Positions 18,924 through 28,503 of a DNA stretch of 64,000 nt are shown piece after piece. Both the position numbers and the translations under genes were made by a program. Below the pieces are notes generated by a model that saw only the letters and a list, made by a program, of their open reading frames with translations, had not been told where the DNA came from and made no database searches. Source of the DNA: a bacterium (GTDB taxonomy: Bacteria > Patescibacteriota > Minisyncoccia > Phycocordibacterales > UBA5272); assembly GCA_027482685.1 (NCBI GenBank), contig JAIXVU010000001.1, positions 11-64,010 on the forward strand, given 5' to 3'. The number at the start of each line of letters is the position of its first letter. Position 1 is the stretch's first letter.

Positions 18924-20375
18924 ATGGCATCCATCGAAGAACTCCGCAGAGAACGCATGAAGAAACTAGAAGCCCTTCAGTCGCTCGGTGTGAATGCATA
19001 CCCAAGTGCCACATCTCAAACGCATGAACTTAGTAACGTTCTCACAGAGTTTATTTCACTTGATCAGTCACAAGAACAGATTATCGTTACAGGTCGTATC
19101 ATGTCATCTCGTGGACAGGGTGCTATCTCATTTATTGACCTCTACGATGGAACAGCACGCATGCAGGTAGTGATTAAGTTACCAGAGACTCCAGAGGAGA
19201 CGATGAACTTCTATCGTGAGTATGTTGATGTTGGGGACTTTATAGAAGTTACTGGCAAGGTGTTTGTAACAAAATCTGGCCAGCAGAGTATATTGGTAGA
19301 TACTATTGCAATGCTATCAAAGGCTCTTCTTCCGCTACCGGATAAATATCACGGGATACAAGATGAGGAACTTCGTATGCGCGAGAGGTATTTGGATATA
19401 CTCACTAACACAGAATTAAAAGAATTATTTATCAAGAAATCAAAGTTTTGGAATGTTACTCGTAGCTTCTTAACAGAGAAGGGCTTCCTTGAAGTTGAAA
19501 CTCCAACAATTGAGGTTACAACAGGAGGAGCAGAAGCTCGTCCGTTTGCAACACATCATAATGATTTTGATCTTGATGTGTACATGCGTATATCAGTAGG
19601 GGAATTGTGGCAGAAGAGATTGATGGCAGCAGGATTTCCTCGTACATTTGAGATAGGGCGTGTGTACCGCAATGAAGGGAGTTCGCCTGAGCATGTGCAG
19701 GAGTTTACTAACTGTGAGTTTTACATGGCATATGAGAACTACGAAGGTGGAATGAAATTGGTTGAAGAGTTATACAGGAAATTAGCAACGGATGTATTTG
19801 GTACAACAACATTTACAACACGTGGGCATACCTTTAATCTCGCAGATGAGTGGAAAAAGATTGACTATACTGACGAAATAAAACGTCAGACGGGGATAGA
19901 TATCGCAGTTGCAATAGACGATGATATAAAGGAGAAATTATCTGAGCTTCATGTAAAATATGACGGTAATAATCGTGAGCGATTGATAGACACTCTTTGG
20001 AAGTATTGCCGTAAGAATATTTCTGGTCCAGCATTTCTTATCAATCATCCACTCCTTGTTGCTCCACTTGCAAAAGCAAACAAGGATGGCAAAACTGCAC
20101 AGATATTCCAACCAATCCTCGCAGGTAGCGAGATAGGTAAGGGTTATAGTGAGTTAAATGATCCAATCGATCAGCGTAAACGCTTTGAGGTACAACAGGC
20201 ATTACTCGCAGGAGGGGATGAAGAAGCGATGATGGCAGATGATAGTTTTGTAGAGATGCTCGAGCATGGCATGCCACCAACATGTGGCTTCGGATTCGGT
20301 GAACGCCTCTTTGCATTCCTAGCTGATAAACCTATTCGCGAAGTGCACATGTTCCCACTTGTGAAGCCAAAATAA
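18924..20375 (+). CDS. lysS: Lysyl-tRNA synthetase, class II
   Basis: N-terminal OB fold (VTGRIMSSRGQGAISFIDLYDGTARMQVV) and class II motifs (FLEVETP, ELxxGGxE equivalents). Confidence 0.9.
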   Translation: MASIEELRRERMKKLEALQSLGVNAYPSATSQTHELSNVLTEFISLDQSQEQIIVTGRIMSSRGQGAISFIDLYDGTARMQVVIKLPETPEETMNFYREYVDVGDFIEVTGKVFVTKSGQQSILVDTIAMLSKALLPLPDKYHGIQDEELRMRERYLDILTNTELKELFIKKSKFWNVTRSFLTEKGFLEVETPTIEVTTGGAEARPFATHHNDFDLDVYMRISVGELWQKRLMAAGFPRTFEIGRVYRNEGSSPEHVQEFTNCEFYMAYENYEGGMKLVEELYRKLATDVFGTTTFTTRGHTFNLADEWKKIDYTDEIKRQTGIDIAVAIDDDIKEKLSELHVKYDGNNRERLIDTLWKYCRKNISGPAFLINHPLLVAPLAKANKDGKTAQIFQPILAGSEIGKGYSELNDPIDQRKRFEVQQALLAGGDEEAMMADDSFVEMLEHGMPPTCGFGFGERLFAFLADKPIREVHMFPLVKPK

Positions 20376-20531
20376 ATGTGATTACTAATTTCATAATTAG
20401 TAGTATATCAGGCTGATTTCACAAAAGAGTAAGGGATTTATAAAGTTTTTACTATACTAATCCTGATCTGTTTGACTTTATGGTTATCATGAAGTAGTTT
20501 AGTAAAAGTTTGTTCAATCACCATGGAGGTC

Positions 20532-20840
20532 ATGATGCCAACTATCACAGTTCGGCTTGGAAGTACTCAAGATGTAACTACTTGCGAAGTTAGTGAAAAT
20601 GAACTTAAAGTGCTTAATTGTATAGGCGACAAAGAACTTACTCCGCTTCAGATTAGCAGGTTGATAAGTTATAAGGAAATCGAAAAGTCTAAACTTTATT
20701 CCATATTAGCAAAACTTCTTGCTAAAGGTCTCTTACAAAAAAAGCAAAAGTTTGTTCAAGAAGGTACCGCTTTGAAGAAAGCGGTATGTTATAAGAGAGC
20801 CTTTACTTTTGTTATTTTGATGATGGAAACAAAAGTGTAA
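20532..20840 (+). CDS. Small hypothetical protein, possible winged-helix DNA-binding (about 102 aa)
   Basis: LKVLNCIGDKELTPLQISRL...LYSILAKLLAKGLL resembles a MarR/wHTH recognition helix. GGAGGT SD overlaps the alternative ATGs. Confidence 0.4.
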   Translation: MMPTITVRLGSTQDVTTCEVSENELKVLNCIGDKELTPLQISRLISYKEIEKSKLYSILAKLLAKGLLQKKQKFVQEGTALKKAVCYKRAFTFVILMMETKV

Positions 20841-20842
20841 AG

Positions 20843-20874
20843 TAAGCGCGACCGAAGGTCGCGCTTGTTTTTGT
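20843..20874 (+). terminator. Terminator aagcgcgacc-GAAG-gtcgcgctt plus T-run
   Basis: GC hairpin followed by tgtttttg. Confidence 0.7.
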
Positions 20875-20883
20875 ATCAACCAT

Positions 20884-20910
20884 TCCCTAATCCCTAACCT
20901 CTAGACCCTA
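20884..20910 (+). repeat. CCCTAA leader motif (ccctaatccctaacctctagaccctag)
   Basis: Lies between the terminator and the mraZ promoter. Confidence 0.5.
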
Positions 20911-20957
20911 GTTCTGGATATCCACACTTTTTTCTAGGTATTTAGGTAGAAAGTGGA

Positions 20958-20987
20958 GTATAATGGGTGCTAGTGGGGGGAAGTGGG
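20958..20987 (+). promoter_or_regulatory. mraZ promoter -10 (TATAAT) followed by three MraZ boxes TGGGT-N5-TGGGG-N5-TGGGA
   Basis: gagTATAATggg. TGGGT (20963-67), gctag, TGGGG (20973-77), ggaag, TGGGA (20983-87). This is the canonical MraZ operator architecture upstream of mraZ. Confidence 0.75.
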
Positions 20988-21135
20988 AGCTTCCAAAAAA
21001 GTTTTTAATTTTGCGAATTGCATAGAGGTTCCTCACTTTATCATCGTGGTGTACTTACCAGAGGCGTCACAAATAGAGGTGTCCTATGCATTTCGTTATA
21101 ATTAAAAACTTTTACCACACAATTTTTTAACAAAC

Positions 21136-21570
21136 ATGTTAATTGGTAAATACACTCACGATCTAGATCCAAAGAAACGACTAACGCTACCTTCAAAGTG
21201 GCGCCAGGATCTCGGGAAGAAAGTAGTAGTTACCAATGGGCTCGATAGTTCTTTATTTATTTTTTCGGTCAAAGAGTGGGAGAATGTCGCGGTTAAGCTA
21301 TCTCAAGGGGGATTCGGGAACAAGGATACTCGTGACTTCAACAGGTTTATCTTAGGTAATGCCTTTGAGACTGATGTTGATGCCGCAGGACGTATCGTTA
21401 TTCCAGATACTCTAAAGCATTTTGCAAAGCTTAGTGGTAAAGTAGTCCTCGCTGGTATGCATTCACGAGTTGAACTCTGGGATGAAACTGCTTGGAATAC
21501 ATTTACCACAAAAGTAAGCGGCGAAGCAGATGTCTTAGCAGGGAAGTTGAGTGATCTAGGAATTCTATAA
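21136..21570 (+). CDS. mraZ: Transcriptional regulator MraZ
   Basis: Duplicated MraZ/SpoVT-AbrB halves (LDPKKRLTLPSKWRQDLG ... DAAGRIVIPDTLKHFAKL). Confidence 0.9.
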   Translation: MLIGKYTHDLDPKKRLTLPSKWRQDLGKKVVVTNGLDSSLFIFSVKEWENVAVKLSQGGFGNKDTRDFNRFILGNAFETDVDAAGRIVIPDTLKHFAKLSGKVVLAGMHSRVELWDETAWNTFTTKVSGEADVLAGKLSDLGIL

Positions 21571-21588
21571 TTGTATTTGCATCTGAAT

Positions 21589-21630
21589 TTCCTAGACCCT
21601 AGATCTTAATCCCTAACAATCTAACCTCAA
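21589..21630 (+). repeat. CCCTAA leader motif (cctagaccctagatcttaatccctaacaatctaacctcaag) abutting rsmH start
   Basis: Ends 3 nt before the rsmH ATG. Confidence 0.5.
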
Positions 21631-21633
21631 GTT

Positions 21634-22542
21634 ATGTCTCACATCCCTGTACTCCTTCACGAATCAATTGATGCTCTCCAGATTAAACGTGGAGGCATCT
21701 ACGTTGATTGTACGACTAATCGTGGTGGGCACAGTAAAGAGATTGCGGAACTTCTTGGCAAGACTGGTACGCTTATCTGTATCGACTTAGATACCGACGC
21801 CTTGAGAGAAGCAGAAGCTAATCTAATGCAGATAGATAATCACCCGCGTTACATTTTCGTTCACTCTAACTTTCGTCACCTAGGTACCATCCTCGTGACA
21901 CACGGGATAGAGCGCGTTGATGGAATTCTCGCTGACCTCGGTCTATCATCACAAGAGTTAGATAGTGCGGGACGTGGATTCACATTCAGATACGACGAAC
22001 CGCTCCTAATGACATTTGACCCTCATCCAACAGATGATATGACGACAGCATATGACATCATTAACAACTGGGGAGAGGAATCAATTGCAGATGTCCTCTA
22101 CGGGTATGCAGATGAGAGATATGCAAAACGTATCGCAAAGAAGATAGTAGAGACTAGAATAAGCAAGGAGATAAAGACCACATTCCAGCTAGTTGATATC
22201 ATCGCTTCTGCAGTGCCGACACTCTATCGTCATCGCAAGACCCACTTTGCAACGAAGACTTTCCAAGCACTTCGTATGGCAGCAAATGACGAGCTTACAA
22301 GTATCAAAGAAATGATACACACAGCATCATCTGTTCTTGCTTACGATGGTCGACTTGCGATTATAACTTTTCACAGTACAGAGGATAGAGTAGTGAAGCA
22401 CACTCTCAAAGAGTACAGAGACATCCTCACCCTCACTAGCAAAAAGCCAATTGTTCCAAGCGAAGAAGAATTAAACACTAACCCACGCGCACGTAGCGCA
22501 CAATTACGAGTAGCTTATAAACCATTACCAAAGTATAACTAA
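21634..22542 (+). CDS. rsmH: 16S rRNA (cytosine1402-N4)-methyltransferase RsmH/MraW
   Basis: IPVLLHESIDAL...YVDCTTNRGGHS SAM-binding signature. Position in the dcw cluster. Confidence 0.9.
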   Translation: MSHIPVLLHESIDALQIKRGGIYVDCTTNRGGHSKEIAELLGKTGTLICIDLDTDALREAEANLMQIDNHPRYIFVHSNFRHLGTILVTHGIERVDGILADLGLSSQELDSAGRGFTFRYDEPLLMTFDPHPTDDMTTAYDIINNWGEESIADVLYGYADERYAKRIAKKIVETRISKEIKTTFQLVDIIASAVPTLYRHRKTHFATKTFQALRMAANDELTSIKEMIHTASSVLAYDGRLAIITFHSTEDRVVKHTLKEYRDILTLTSKKPIVPSEEELNTNPRARSAQLRVAYKPLPKYN

Positions 22543-22555
22543 AACGTTCATAAGT

Positions 22556-22873
22556 ATGAAAAAGCATCTAACACACGCACAATTTTTTGAAAAGACGGTC
22601 CATGCAATGCTTTTTACACTTTCTATAATTGCACTCGTATATTGTGTAGTGTTACTCTCACTCGTATTTTCTGTTATTGAACGTAAACAAAATATTATTG
22701 CATCTCGTGATCTTACATCACGTCTAAGTACTCTTGAGGCAACATACGCTAATACAGTAGCTTCTATCAATGATGCGAAGCTAGCAGAATATAACTACAA
22801 GCGTGTTGACGGGACTACATTTGCTGTACGAAAAGATTCGATTGCCACCTATTCTGTTCTTTATGCGCGCTAA
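22556..22873 (+). CDS. ftsL: Cell division protein FtsL-like
   Basis: 105 aa bitopic protein (TM LFTLSIIALVYCVVLLSLVF plus coiled coil) between rsmH and ftsI. Confidence 0.65.
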   Translation: MKKHLTHAQFFEKTVHAMLFTLSIIALVYCVVLLSLVFSVIERKQNIIASRDLTSRLSTLEATYANTVASINDAKLAEYNYKRVDGTTFAVRKDSIATYSVLYAR

Positions 22874-24620
22874 GAGGAATAATCCTACACCTCAACTCAC
22901 CGAAGACCAAAAGCTACGCTCGATAGATAGAGCAGGTATCGTTATCGGCGTGTTTTTTTTAGTCGGTATGGTTATCCTTGGAAAAGCTTTTTATATACAA
23001 GTTATTAATCACAAGCATTACACAGAGCTTGCTGATAAACAATATATATCCTTGACAGGAGGAGGGTTCGACCGAGGGGCTATATATTTTGCACACTATA
23101 AAAATGAGCCGGGTATTGCAGCTGAGCTTCGTAGTGTCTATCGTATCGCTGTTAATCCTAATCAGATAACAGATAAGGAAATGGTATACAAAGAATTGTC
23201 ACAGCATATTGATATAGATAAAGATGACTTCATGACAAGAGCCTCAAAGCAAAATGATCCGTATGAAGAAATTGCTAAGAATGTGAGTGAGGAAGTGGTT
23301 AAGAAGCTTCGAGAAAAAAATTTGGTTGGCATTTCATACATAAAAGAAAATAAACGTGCATATCCACAAGATGAAGTCGCTGCGTCTACTATTGGATTTG
23401 TCGGTAATGATGGTACTCGTGTGCGCGGGCAGTACGGAGTTGAGAGATACTATGACGATGTGTTATCTCGTGTAGCGAGTAATCGACGTGTTAATTTTTT
23501 TGCAGAACTTTTTACTAATATAGAAAAAACTATTGCGTCAAATACTGACATGATGGAAGGAGATGTCATGCTCACTATAGATGTCGAAGCACAACGCGCC
23601 CTTCATAACATATTGGTAGAGACTAGAAATCAGTGGAAATCAGATACAATTGGTGGCATCATCATGGACCCAAAGACTGGTGAGATTGTTGCCATGGACT
23701 CTCTCCCATCATTTAACCCTAATGACTTTAGTGGCGTAGAAGATACAAGTGTTTTTGTTAATCAGAATGTATCAGGTGTATATGAGATGGGGAGTATTAT
23801 TAAACCTCTCACTATGGCGGCAGCCTTTGATAGCGGTGCTGTTACATTAGAGACAACGTATAACGATACAGGTATTCGAGAGCTAAATGGGTATAAGGTA
23901 AAGAACTATGATAGCCAAGCGAGAGGTCCTAACACCACCATGCAGACAATACTTGATAAGTCACTTAACGTTGGTATTGTTTTTCTAGTAGAGCAGTTAG
24001 GTATCAAACGTTTTGCAGAATATTTTAACAATTTCGGTATCGGAGAAGAGACTGGCATTGATCTTCCAAATGAAGCAAAAGGATTGAGTAAGAATCTTAA
24101 GAGTGGAGTCTTGGTTGATAGTGCTACAGCTGGATTCGGTCAGGGGATTGCTATTACTCCGATACAGACAATACGCGCGCTTGGTGCATTAGCTAACCAC
24201 GGCAAGCTAGTTACACCTCATGTTGTAAAAAGCATAGTGTACAAAAATGGTACTGTGAAAAAAATAGTCCAAGACGAACAAGATCAAGTTATCAGTGAAA
24301 AAACTAGTGAAGCTGTTTCTCGTATGCTTGTGCATGTTGTTGATACATCACTTAATAAAGGCACATTAAAAATGGATGGTTACAGTATTGCTGCAAAGAC
24401 CGGTACCGCCCAGATGGTAAAGCCAGGCGGTGGATACTATGAAGGTAGATATCTCCACTCGTTCTTTGGATATTTTCCAGCGTATGAGCCTAGGTATATT
24501 GTTTTCTTATTCCACACGTATCCTAAGGGTGCTGAGTATGCATCTGCAACACTAAGTGAGCCATTTTTCAAAATCGTAAAATTCTTGATTAGCTACTACG
24601 AGATACCACCAGATAGATAG
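22863..24620 (+). CDS. ftsI: Penicillin-binding protein FtsI/PBP3-type transpeptidase
   Basis: TM anchor, PBP dimerisation domain and SIIKP (SxxK), SLN and KTGTA motifs. Overlaps the ftsL stop by 11 nt. Confidence 0.88.
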   Translation: MRAKRNNPTPQLTEDQKLRSIDRAGIVIGVFFLVGMVILGKAFYIQVINHKHYTELADKQYISLTGGGFDRGAIYFAHYKNEPGIAAELRSVYRIAVNPNQITDKEMVYKELSQHIDIDKDDFMTRASKQNDPYEEIAKNVSEEVVKKLREKNLVGISYIKENKRAYPQDEVAASTIGFVGNDGTRVRGQYGVERYYDDVLSRVASNRRVNFFAELFTNIEKTIASNTDMMEGDVMLTIDVEAQRALHNILVETRNQWKSDTIGGIIMDPKTGEIVAMDSLPSFNPNDFSGVEDTSVFVNQNVSGVYEMGSIIKPLTMAAAFDSGAVTLETTYNDTGIRELNGYKVKNYDSQARGPNTTMQTILDKSLNVGIVFLVEQLGIKRFAEYFNNFGIGEETGIDLPNEAKGLSKNLKSGVLVDSATAGFGQGIAITPIQTIRALGALANHGKLVTPHVVKSIVYKNGTVKKIVQDEQDQVISEKTSEAVSRMLVHVVDTSLNKGTLKMDGYSIAAKTGTAQMVKPGGGYYEGRYLHSFFGYFPAYEPRYIVFLFHTYPKGAEYASATLSEPFFKIVKFLISYYEIPPDR

Positions 24621-24639
24621 TTCTTGTGCACTAGACAAA

Positions 24640-24917
24640 AACTAAAAAACGTTGTAGTATATTTCCATACTGTTGTTTTGTCCAAGAAAGGTGTAAGCAA
24701 TGAAAGAAAGAAAATCACTTCCCACTCTGTCTCTTGTCGCGTGGATGAGAGTGCGATTTGCGAGGTTCGATCCGCCAACATACGGCGAACTGTGGGTCAG
24801 AACTCTTCTCTTTCTGTCTTCACGTTTGAGAAGCCTTTCTCTCAGGCTCGAACGCGCTGCAAAAAAGCACAAGTGACGAAGTGAAAAGGCCGTACCCACG
24901 TTGTGGGTACGGCCTTT
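24640..24917 (+). ncRNA. Candidate structured ncRNA or cis-regulatory leader (about 270 nt), family unknown
   Basis: GC-rich block (about 50%) in an AT-rich genome with no credible ORF on either strand. Contains a tRNA-T-loop-like GGTTCGATCC. Ends in a strong hairpin aaaggccgtaccc-acgttgt-gggtacggccttt 26 nt before the photolyase ATG. Confidence 0.4.
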
Positions 24918-24942
24918 CCTACAATGCTATACTATTGCAATC

Positions 24943-26373
24943 ATGGTTAACCCTGTACGTGTACAAAAAATCACCGAAAAAGATTACAGTAATGGCACTG
25001 TTATCTACGAGATGTGTCGCGAGCTACGCGCGCATGATAATGACGCACTGCTTTTCGCTCAGGATCTTGCAAAAAGTAATGGGTGTAAGCTTGTAGTGCA
25101 CTACCGTATCTATAACTATCTTTGGCAAGGTGCAACCGCACGCTTTTACGACTGGGTCATAGCATCTCTTAAAGAAGTTGAAGCAACACTCCGTGTGCAT
25201 GCTATCCCTCTTGTGATTATCTTCGAAGATAACAAGTTGTACGCACGTGATACTAAGATATCTCATATACCTCATGATACTGGCGCAGTAGTGATAGAAG
25301 AGATACCGCTACACTTTGCTCGCAAGTGGAAAGATATCTATCTCGCTCATCACAATACTATTCCACTCTATGAAGTCGATGCGCGTAACTGTATTCCAGT
25401 ATGGGAGTTGTCACATAAGCAGGAATTTGCAGCTCGTACAATCCGCTCAAAAGTACACGCGAAGTTAGGAGGGTACCTAGAAGAATATGACAAACTTACC
25501 ACACATACCGCAAATGCTGATCTGCTCACAAAGATGCAACCGATAGATTGGAATGATATTCGCAAAAAGATTATATGTGATGAATCCGTAGCTGAAGTTG
25601 ATTGGATACATGCAGGTGAGAAGGCCGCTCATAAGCAACTCACTCACTTCCTTTCAGAAAAGTTACAAGAGTATGATGAGTCTCGCAATAGTATCAACAT
25701 TGATGGTCAGAGTAACCTCTCACCATACATATCTCATGGCAATATTTCACGTCGACGTATTGTACTAGAGTTACTTAGGACAACTGGGGTGGAGATTCGT
25801 AGTGCGTTTGATCCAGTACAGAATGGCTCAAACGGGAAGTTGGGTAGTATCGCAGCATTTATCGAAGAGTGCGTAGTGCGAGCAGAACTCTGTGAAAACT
25901 TTTGTTACTACAACCACGCGTATGATAAGGTCACAGGCTTTCCAGCGTGGGCAAAGGAGACGCTTGACGCTCATAAACATGACGCGCGAGAGTATACGTA
26001 TACATATAAGCAATTAGAAAAAGGAGAAACTCACGACAGGTTATGGAACGCTGCACAGTTACAAATGGTGCAGACTGGTAAGATGCATGGGTACATGCGT
26101 ATGTACTGGGCAAAGAAAATACTAGAGTGGACCAAGTCCCCAGAGGATGCTATGAAGTTCGCAGTGAAGCTAAACGATACCTATGAGCTAGATGGACGAG
26201 ACGTTGGCGGGTATGTTGGATGTGCATGGTCAATAGGTGGCGTGCATGATAGGCCGTGGTTCACGCGTCCGATATTCGGTACTATTCGCTACATGGCAGT
26301 AAGTGGCGTTGAGAAACGTGGTAGTATAGAAGAATATATAACGAAGTTCGCTTCTCCTCCAAAACTTGTATGA
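24943..26373 (+). CDS. phr: Deoxyribodipyrimidine photolyase, class II CPD photolyase
   Basis: Class II photolyase C-terminal FAD-binding signature GYMRMYWAKKILEWT...GGYVGCAWSIGGVHDRPW...IRYM. Confidence 0.85.
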   Translation: MVNPVRVQKITEKDYSNGTVIYEMCRELRAHDNDALLFAQDLAKSNGCKLVVHYRIYNYLWQGATARFYDWVIASLKEVEATLRVHAIPLVIIFEDNKLYARDTKISHIPHDTGAVVIEEIPLHFARKWKDIYLAHHNTIPLYEVDARNCIPVWELSHKQEFAARTIRSKVHAKLGGYLEEYDKLTTHTANADLLTKMQPIDWNDIRKKIICDESVAEVDWIHAGEKAAHKQLTHFLSEKLQEYDESRNSINIDGQSNLSPYISHGNISRRRIVLELLRTTGVEIRSAFDPVQNGSNGKLGSIAAFIEECVVRAELCENFCYYNHAYDKVTGFPAWAKETLDAHKHDAREYTYTYKQLEKGETHDRLWNAAQLQMVQTGKMHGYMRMYWAKKILEWTKSPEDAMKFAVKLNDTYELDGRDVGGYVGCAWSIGGVHDRPWFTRPIFGTIRYMAVSGVEKRGSIEEYITKFASPPKLV

Positions 26374-27344
26374 AAAAATCAAACAATAGTTTCCCGAAAA
26401 AAGTAAGTACAAACAAAGCCACGAAACCATTTGCAGATAAAGCACCAAGGACAACAGTCATGAATTATGATTCTCCTCGAAAGATAGACAAAAGATTAAA
26501 CTTTAAAAATCCTGATAGATTAGCTGATATAGAATCTCGTCCGAAGCCGATGAGTAAGAGTAAGCATAAGCCAGTAGTAGATACATCATGGGGAACAGTT
26601 GCATCATGGTACGACAGTCATCTAGAAAAGAGTGATGATACCTATCATGCAAAAGTTATCTTCCCGAATCTTCTACGACTACTTGATGATGTTAAAGGTA
26701 AGAAGATTTTAGACCTTGCATGTGGGCAGGGGGTGTTTACTCGTGAGCTACATAGTAAGGGGGCGCTTGTAACAGGTACAGACATCGCAAAGGAACTCCT
26801 TACAATTGCAGAAGAGAAGGGTAAAGCATCAAAAGTCATCCCTAAGATAACCTACATACGAACAAGTGCAGATGATCTTTATATGTTGAAAGACAACACA
26901 TTTGATATTGTCATCTGTATTCTCGCACTTCAAAACATCGAGAACATGCAAAAGACAGTGAAGGAAGCATCTCGAGTGCTCACAACAGGAGGGCGATTTA
27001 TCTTCGTACTTAATCATCCGTCGTTCCGCAATCCTCGTCAGTCCGCATGGGGCTACGATGAGCATACGAGCATGCAGTACAGACGAGTGGACGAGTACAT
27101 GTCAGAGTCTCATGTGAAGATAGACATGACACCAGGGAGTAAAGCCGACAAGAAGTTCACTGTGTCATTCCACCGACCTCTTCAGGTATATGTAAAAGCA
27201 CTTTCAAAAGCAGGCTTTACTATTACTCACCTTGAAGAGTGGATTAGTCACCGTACAAGTGAAAAGGGGCCGAAGCAGCGCGCGGAGGATAGGGCTAGGA
27301 AAGAGATTCCATTATTCATGTGCCTCGAATCTAAAAAAGTATAA
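26370..27344 (+). CDS. Class I SAM-dependent methyltransferase with basic N-terminal extension
   Basis: ILDLACGQGVFTRELHSKGALVTGTDI (motif I) and DIVICILALQN. Overlaps the photolyase stop (ATGA). Confidence 0.75.
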   Translation: MKKSNNSFPKKVSTNKATKPFADKAPRTTVMNYDSPRKIDKRLNFKNPDRLADIESRPKPMSKSKHKPVVDTSWGTVASWYDSHLEKSDDTYHAKVIFPNLLRLLDDVKGKKILDLACGQGVFTRELHSKGALVTGTDIAKELLTIAEEKGKASKVIPKITYIRTSADDLYMLKDNTFDIVICILALQNIENMQKTVKEASRVLTTGGRFIFVLNHPSFRNPRQSAWGYDEHTSMQYRRVDEYMSESHVKIDMTPGSKADKKFTVSFHRPLQVYVKALSKAGFTITHLEEWISHRTSEKGPKQRAEDRARKEIPLFMCLESKKV

Positions 27345-27384
27345 AACTTCCGTACTTGGCGACCTTTTTTGTAGAAATTTCTAA

Positions 27385-27415
27385 TTCATTCGTCAATGTA
27401 GGTTCACTACACCTC
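27385..27415 (+). repeat. Diverged copy of the 3'-UTR repeat element (tcaatgtaggttcactacacctcctcat)
   Basis: Shares the tgtag-gttNa-ctaca hairpin with the copies at 32557 and 37972. Located 40 nt after the methyltransferase stop. Confidence 0.4.
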
Positions 27416-27578
27416 CTCATGAATTTTCGTTTCCCCTCAAATCTCTTCCAGGTATGAAAGTTTTAGTAATGTGTGGTGAACTTCCTTGAATTTCATCTAA
27501 TTTCTAAACTTTTCAATTCCAGTTTATTTATAATTCTCGCGAAAATAATTCTATGCTACACTAGAAAAATATAAAAAT

Positions 27579-28238
27579 ATGAAAAAGTTATCACATTTCT
27601 TAAAAACACCTCAAGGTAAAATTATTAGCGGAATCGTCGGTATTATCGTGCTTCTCTTTGCATACTATTTTTACGCAATGAGTAAAGTAGAAGCTACCCC
27701 AACATCCACCGAAATAACCATCTCAGAAAAAGACCATGTCCGTGGCAAAGGGGGAGCAAAGGTAACTATTGTTGAGTTCGCAGACTTCCAGTGCCCAGCA
27801 TGTCGCGCGTATGAACCGCTTGTTCGTAAAGTAGTTGAGGATAACAAAGACACAGTACAGCTCGTGTTCCGTAACTTCCCACTTACTCAGATCCACCCTA
27901 ACGCTCTCTTAGCTGCAAAGGCAGCTGAGGCTGCTGGTGTACAAGGTAAGTTCTGGGAGATGCATGATGTGCTCTATGACAAGCAAGATGAATGGTCATC
28001 AGCGCTTAACGCTCGTGACAAGTTCATGGTCTATGCAACGACTCTTGGTCTTGATATGACTAAGTTCGCTCAGGATCTTAACAGTAAGGAGATAGAAGAT
28101 AAGATACGTGCTGAGATGAAGGAAGGCGTAGCTCTCGGGGTGCAAGGCACACCATCATTCTTCGTTAATGGTAAGAAGATAGAGAACCCTCGTTCAGTAG
28201 AAGCATTCGATAAAATTGTAAAAGACGCTGCTGAATAG
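27579..28238 (+). CDS. Thiol:disulfide oxidoreductase, DsbA/BdbD-like thioredoxin fold, membrane anchored
   Basis: N-terminal TM and the CPAC active site in FADFQCPACRAYEP. Confidence 0.8.
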   Translation: MKKLSHFLKTPQGKIISGIVGIIVLLFAYYFYAMSKVEATPTSTEITISEKDHVRGKGGAKVTIVEFADFQCPACRAYEPLVRKVVEDNKDTVQLVFRNFPLTQIHPNALLAAKAAEAAGVQGKFWEMHDVLYDKQDEWSSALNARDKFMVYATTLGLDMTKFAQDLNSKEIEDKIRAEMKEGVALGVQGTPSFFVNGKKIENPRSVEAFDKIVKDAAE

Positions 28239-28243
28239 TTAGC

Positions 28244-28270
28244 GCTAACCCCTAACCTCTAGCCCCTAAC
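28244..28270 (+). repeat. CCCTAA leader motif (ctaacccctaacctctagcccctaaca) abutting the start codon
   Basis: Ends 2 nt before the ATG at 28273. Confidence 0.55.
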
Positions 28271-28272
28271 AT

Positions 28273-28500
28273 ATGATAAAAGAATTCCTCCTCAAACAAG
28301 CAGTCAAACGTGGCGCAAAAGATCTTCCAAAAGAACAACAGGAAATGCTCACCAAAGCGGTAGAACAGAACCCAGAGCTTTTCAGTAAGATTGCAAAAGA
28401 AATCGAAGCCTTGAAGAAATCCGGTAAGCCAGAGATGTACGCAGCACTTGATGTGATGAAGAAGTATCAGAAGGAACTTTCGGTACTTTTTAAGCAGTAA
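28273..28500 (+). CDS. Hypothetical small protein (75 aa, helical, Lys/Glu-rich)
   Basis: Host-like codon usage. Preceded by the leader motif. Confidence 0.45.
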   Translation: MIKEFLLKQAVKRGAKDLPKEQQEMLTKAVEQNPELFSKIAKEIEALKKSGKPEMYAALDVMKKYQKELSVLFKQ

Positions 28501-28503
28501 TTA

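Noticed and set aside
24755-24775. GGTTCGATCC tRNA T-loop-like sequence
   Set aside because: Flanking bases do not form a T-stem (CGAGG/CCGCC pair in only 3 of 5 positions) and no D-arm, anticodon arm or acceptor stem can be built. Not called as a tRNA or tmRNA.
24624-24899. ORFs 24624..24884 (+) and 24642..24899 (-) in the ftsI-phr spacer
   Set aside because: Both are Arg/Ser-rich low-complexity translations of a GC-rich block ending in a terminator hairpin. Interpreted as RNA, not protein.
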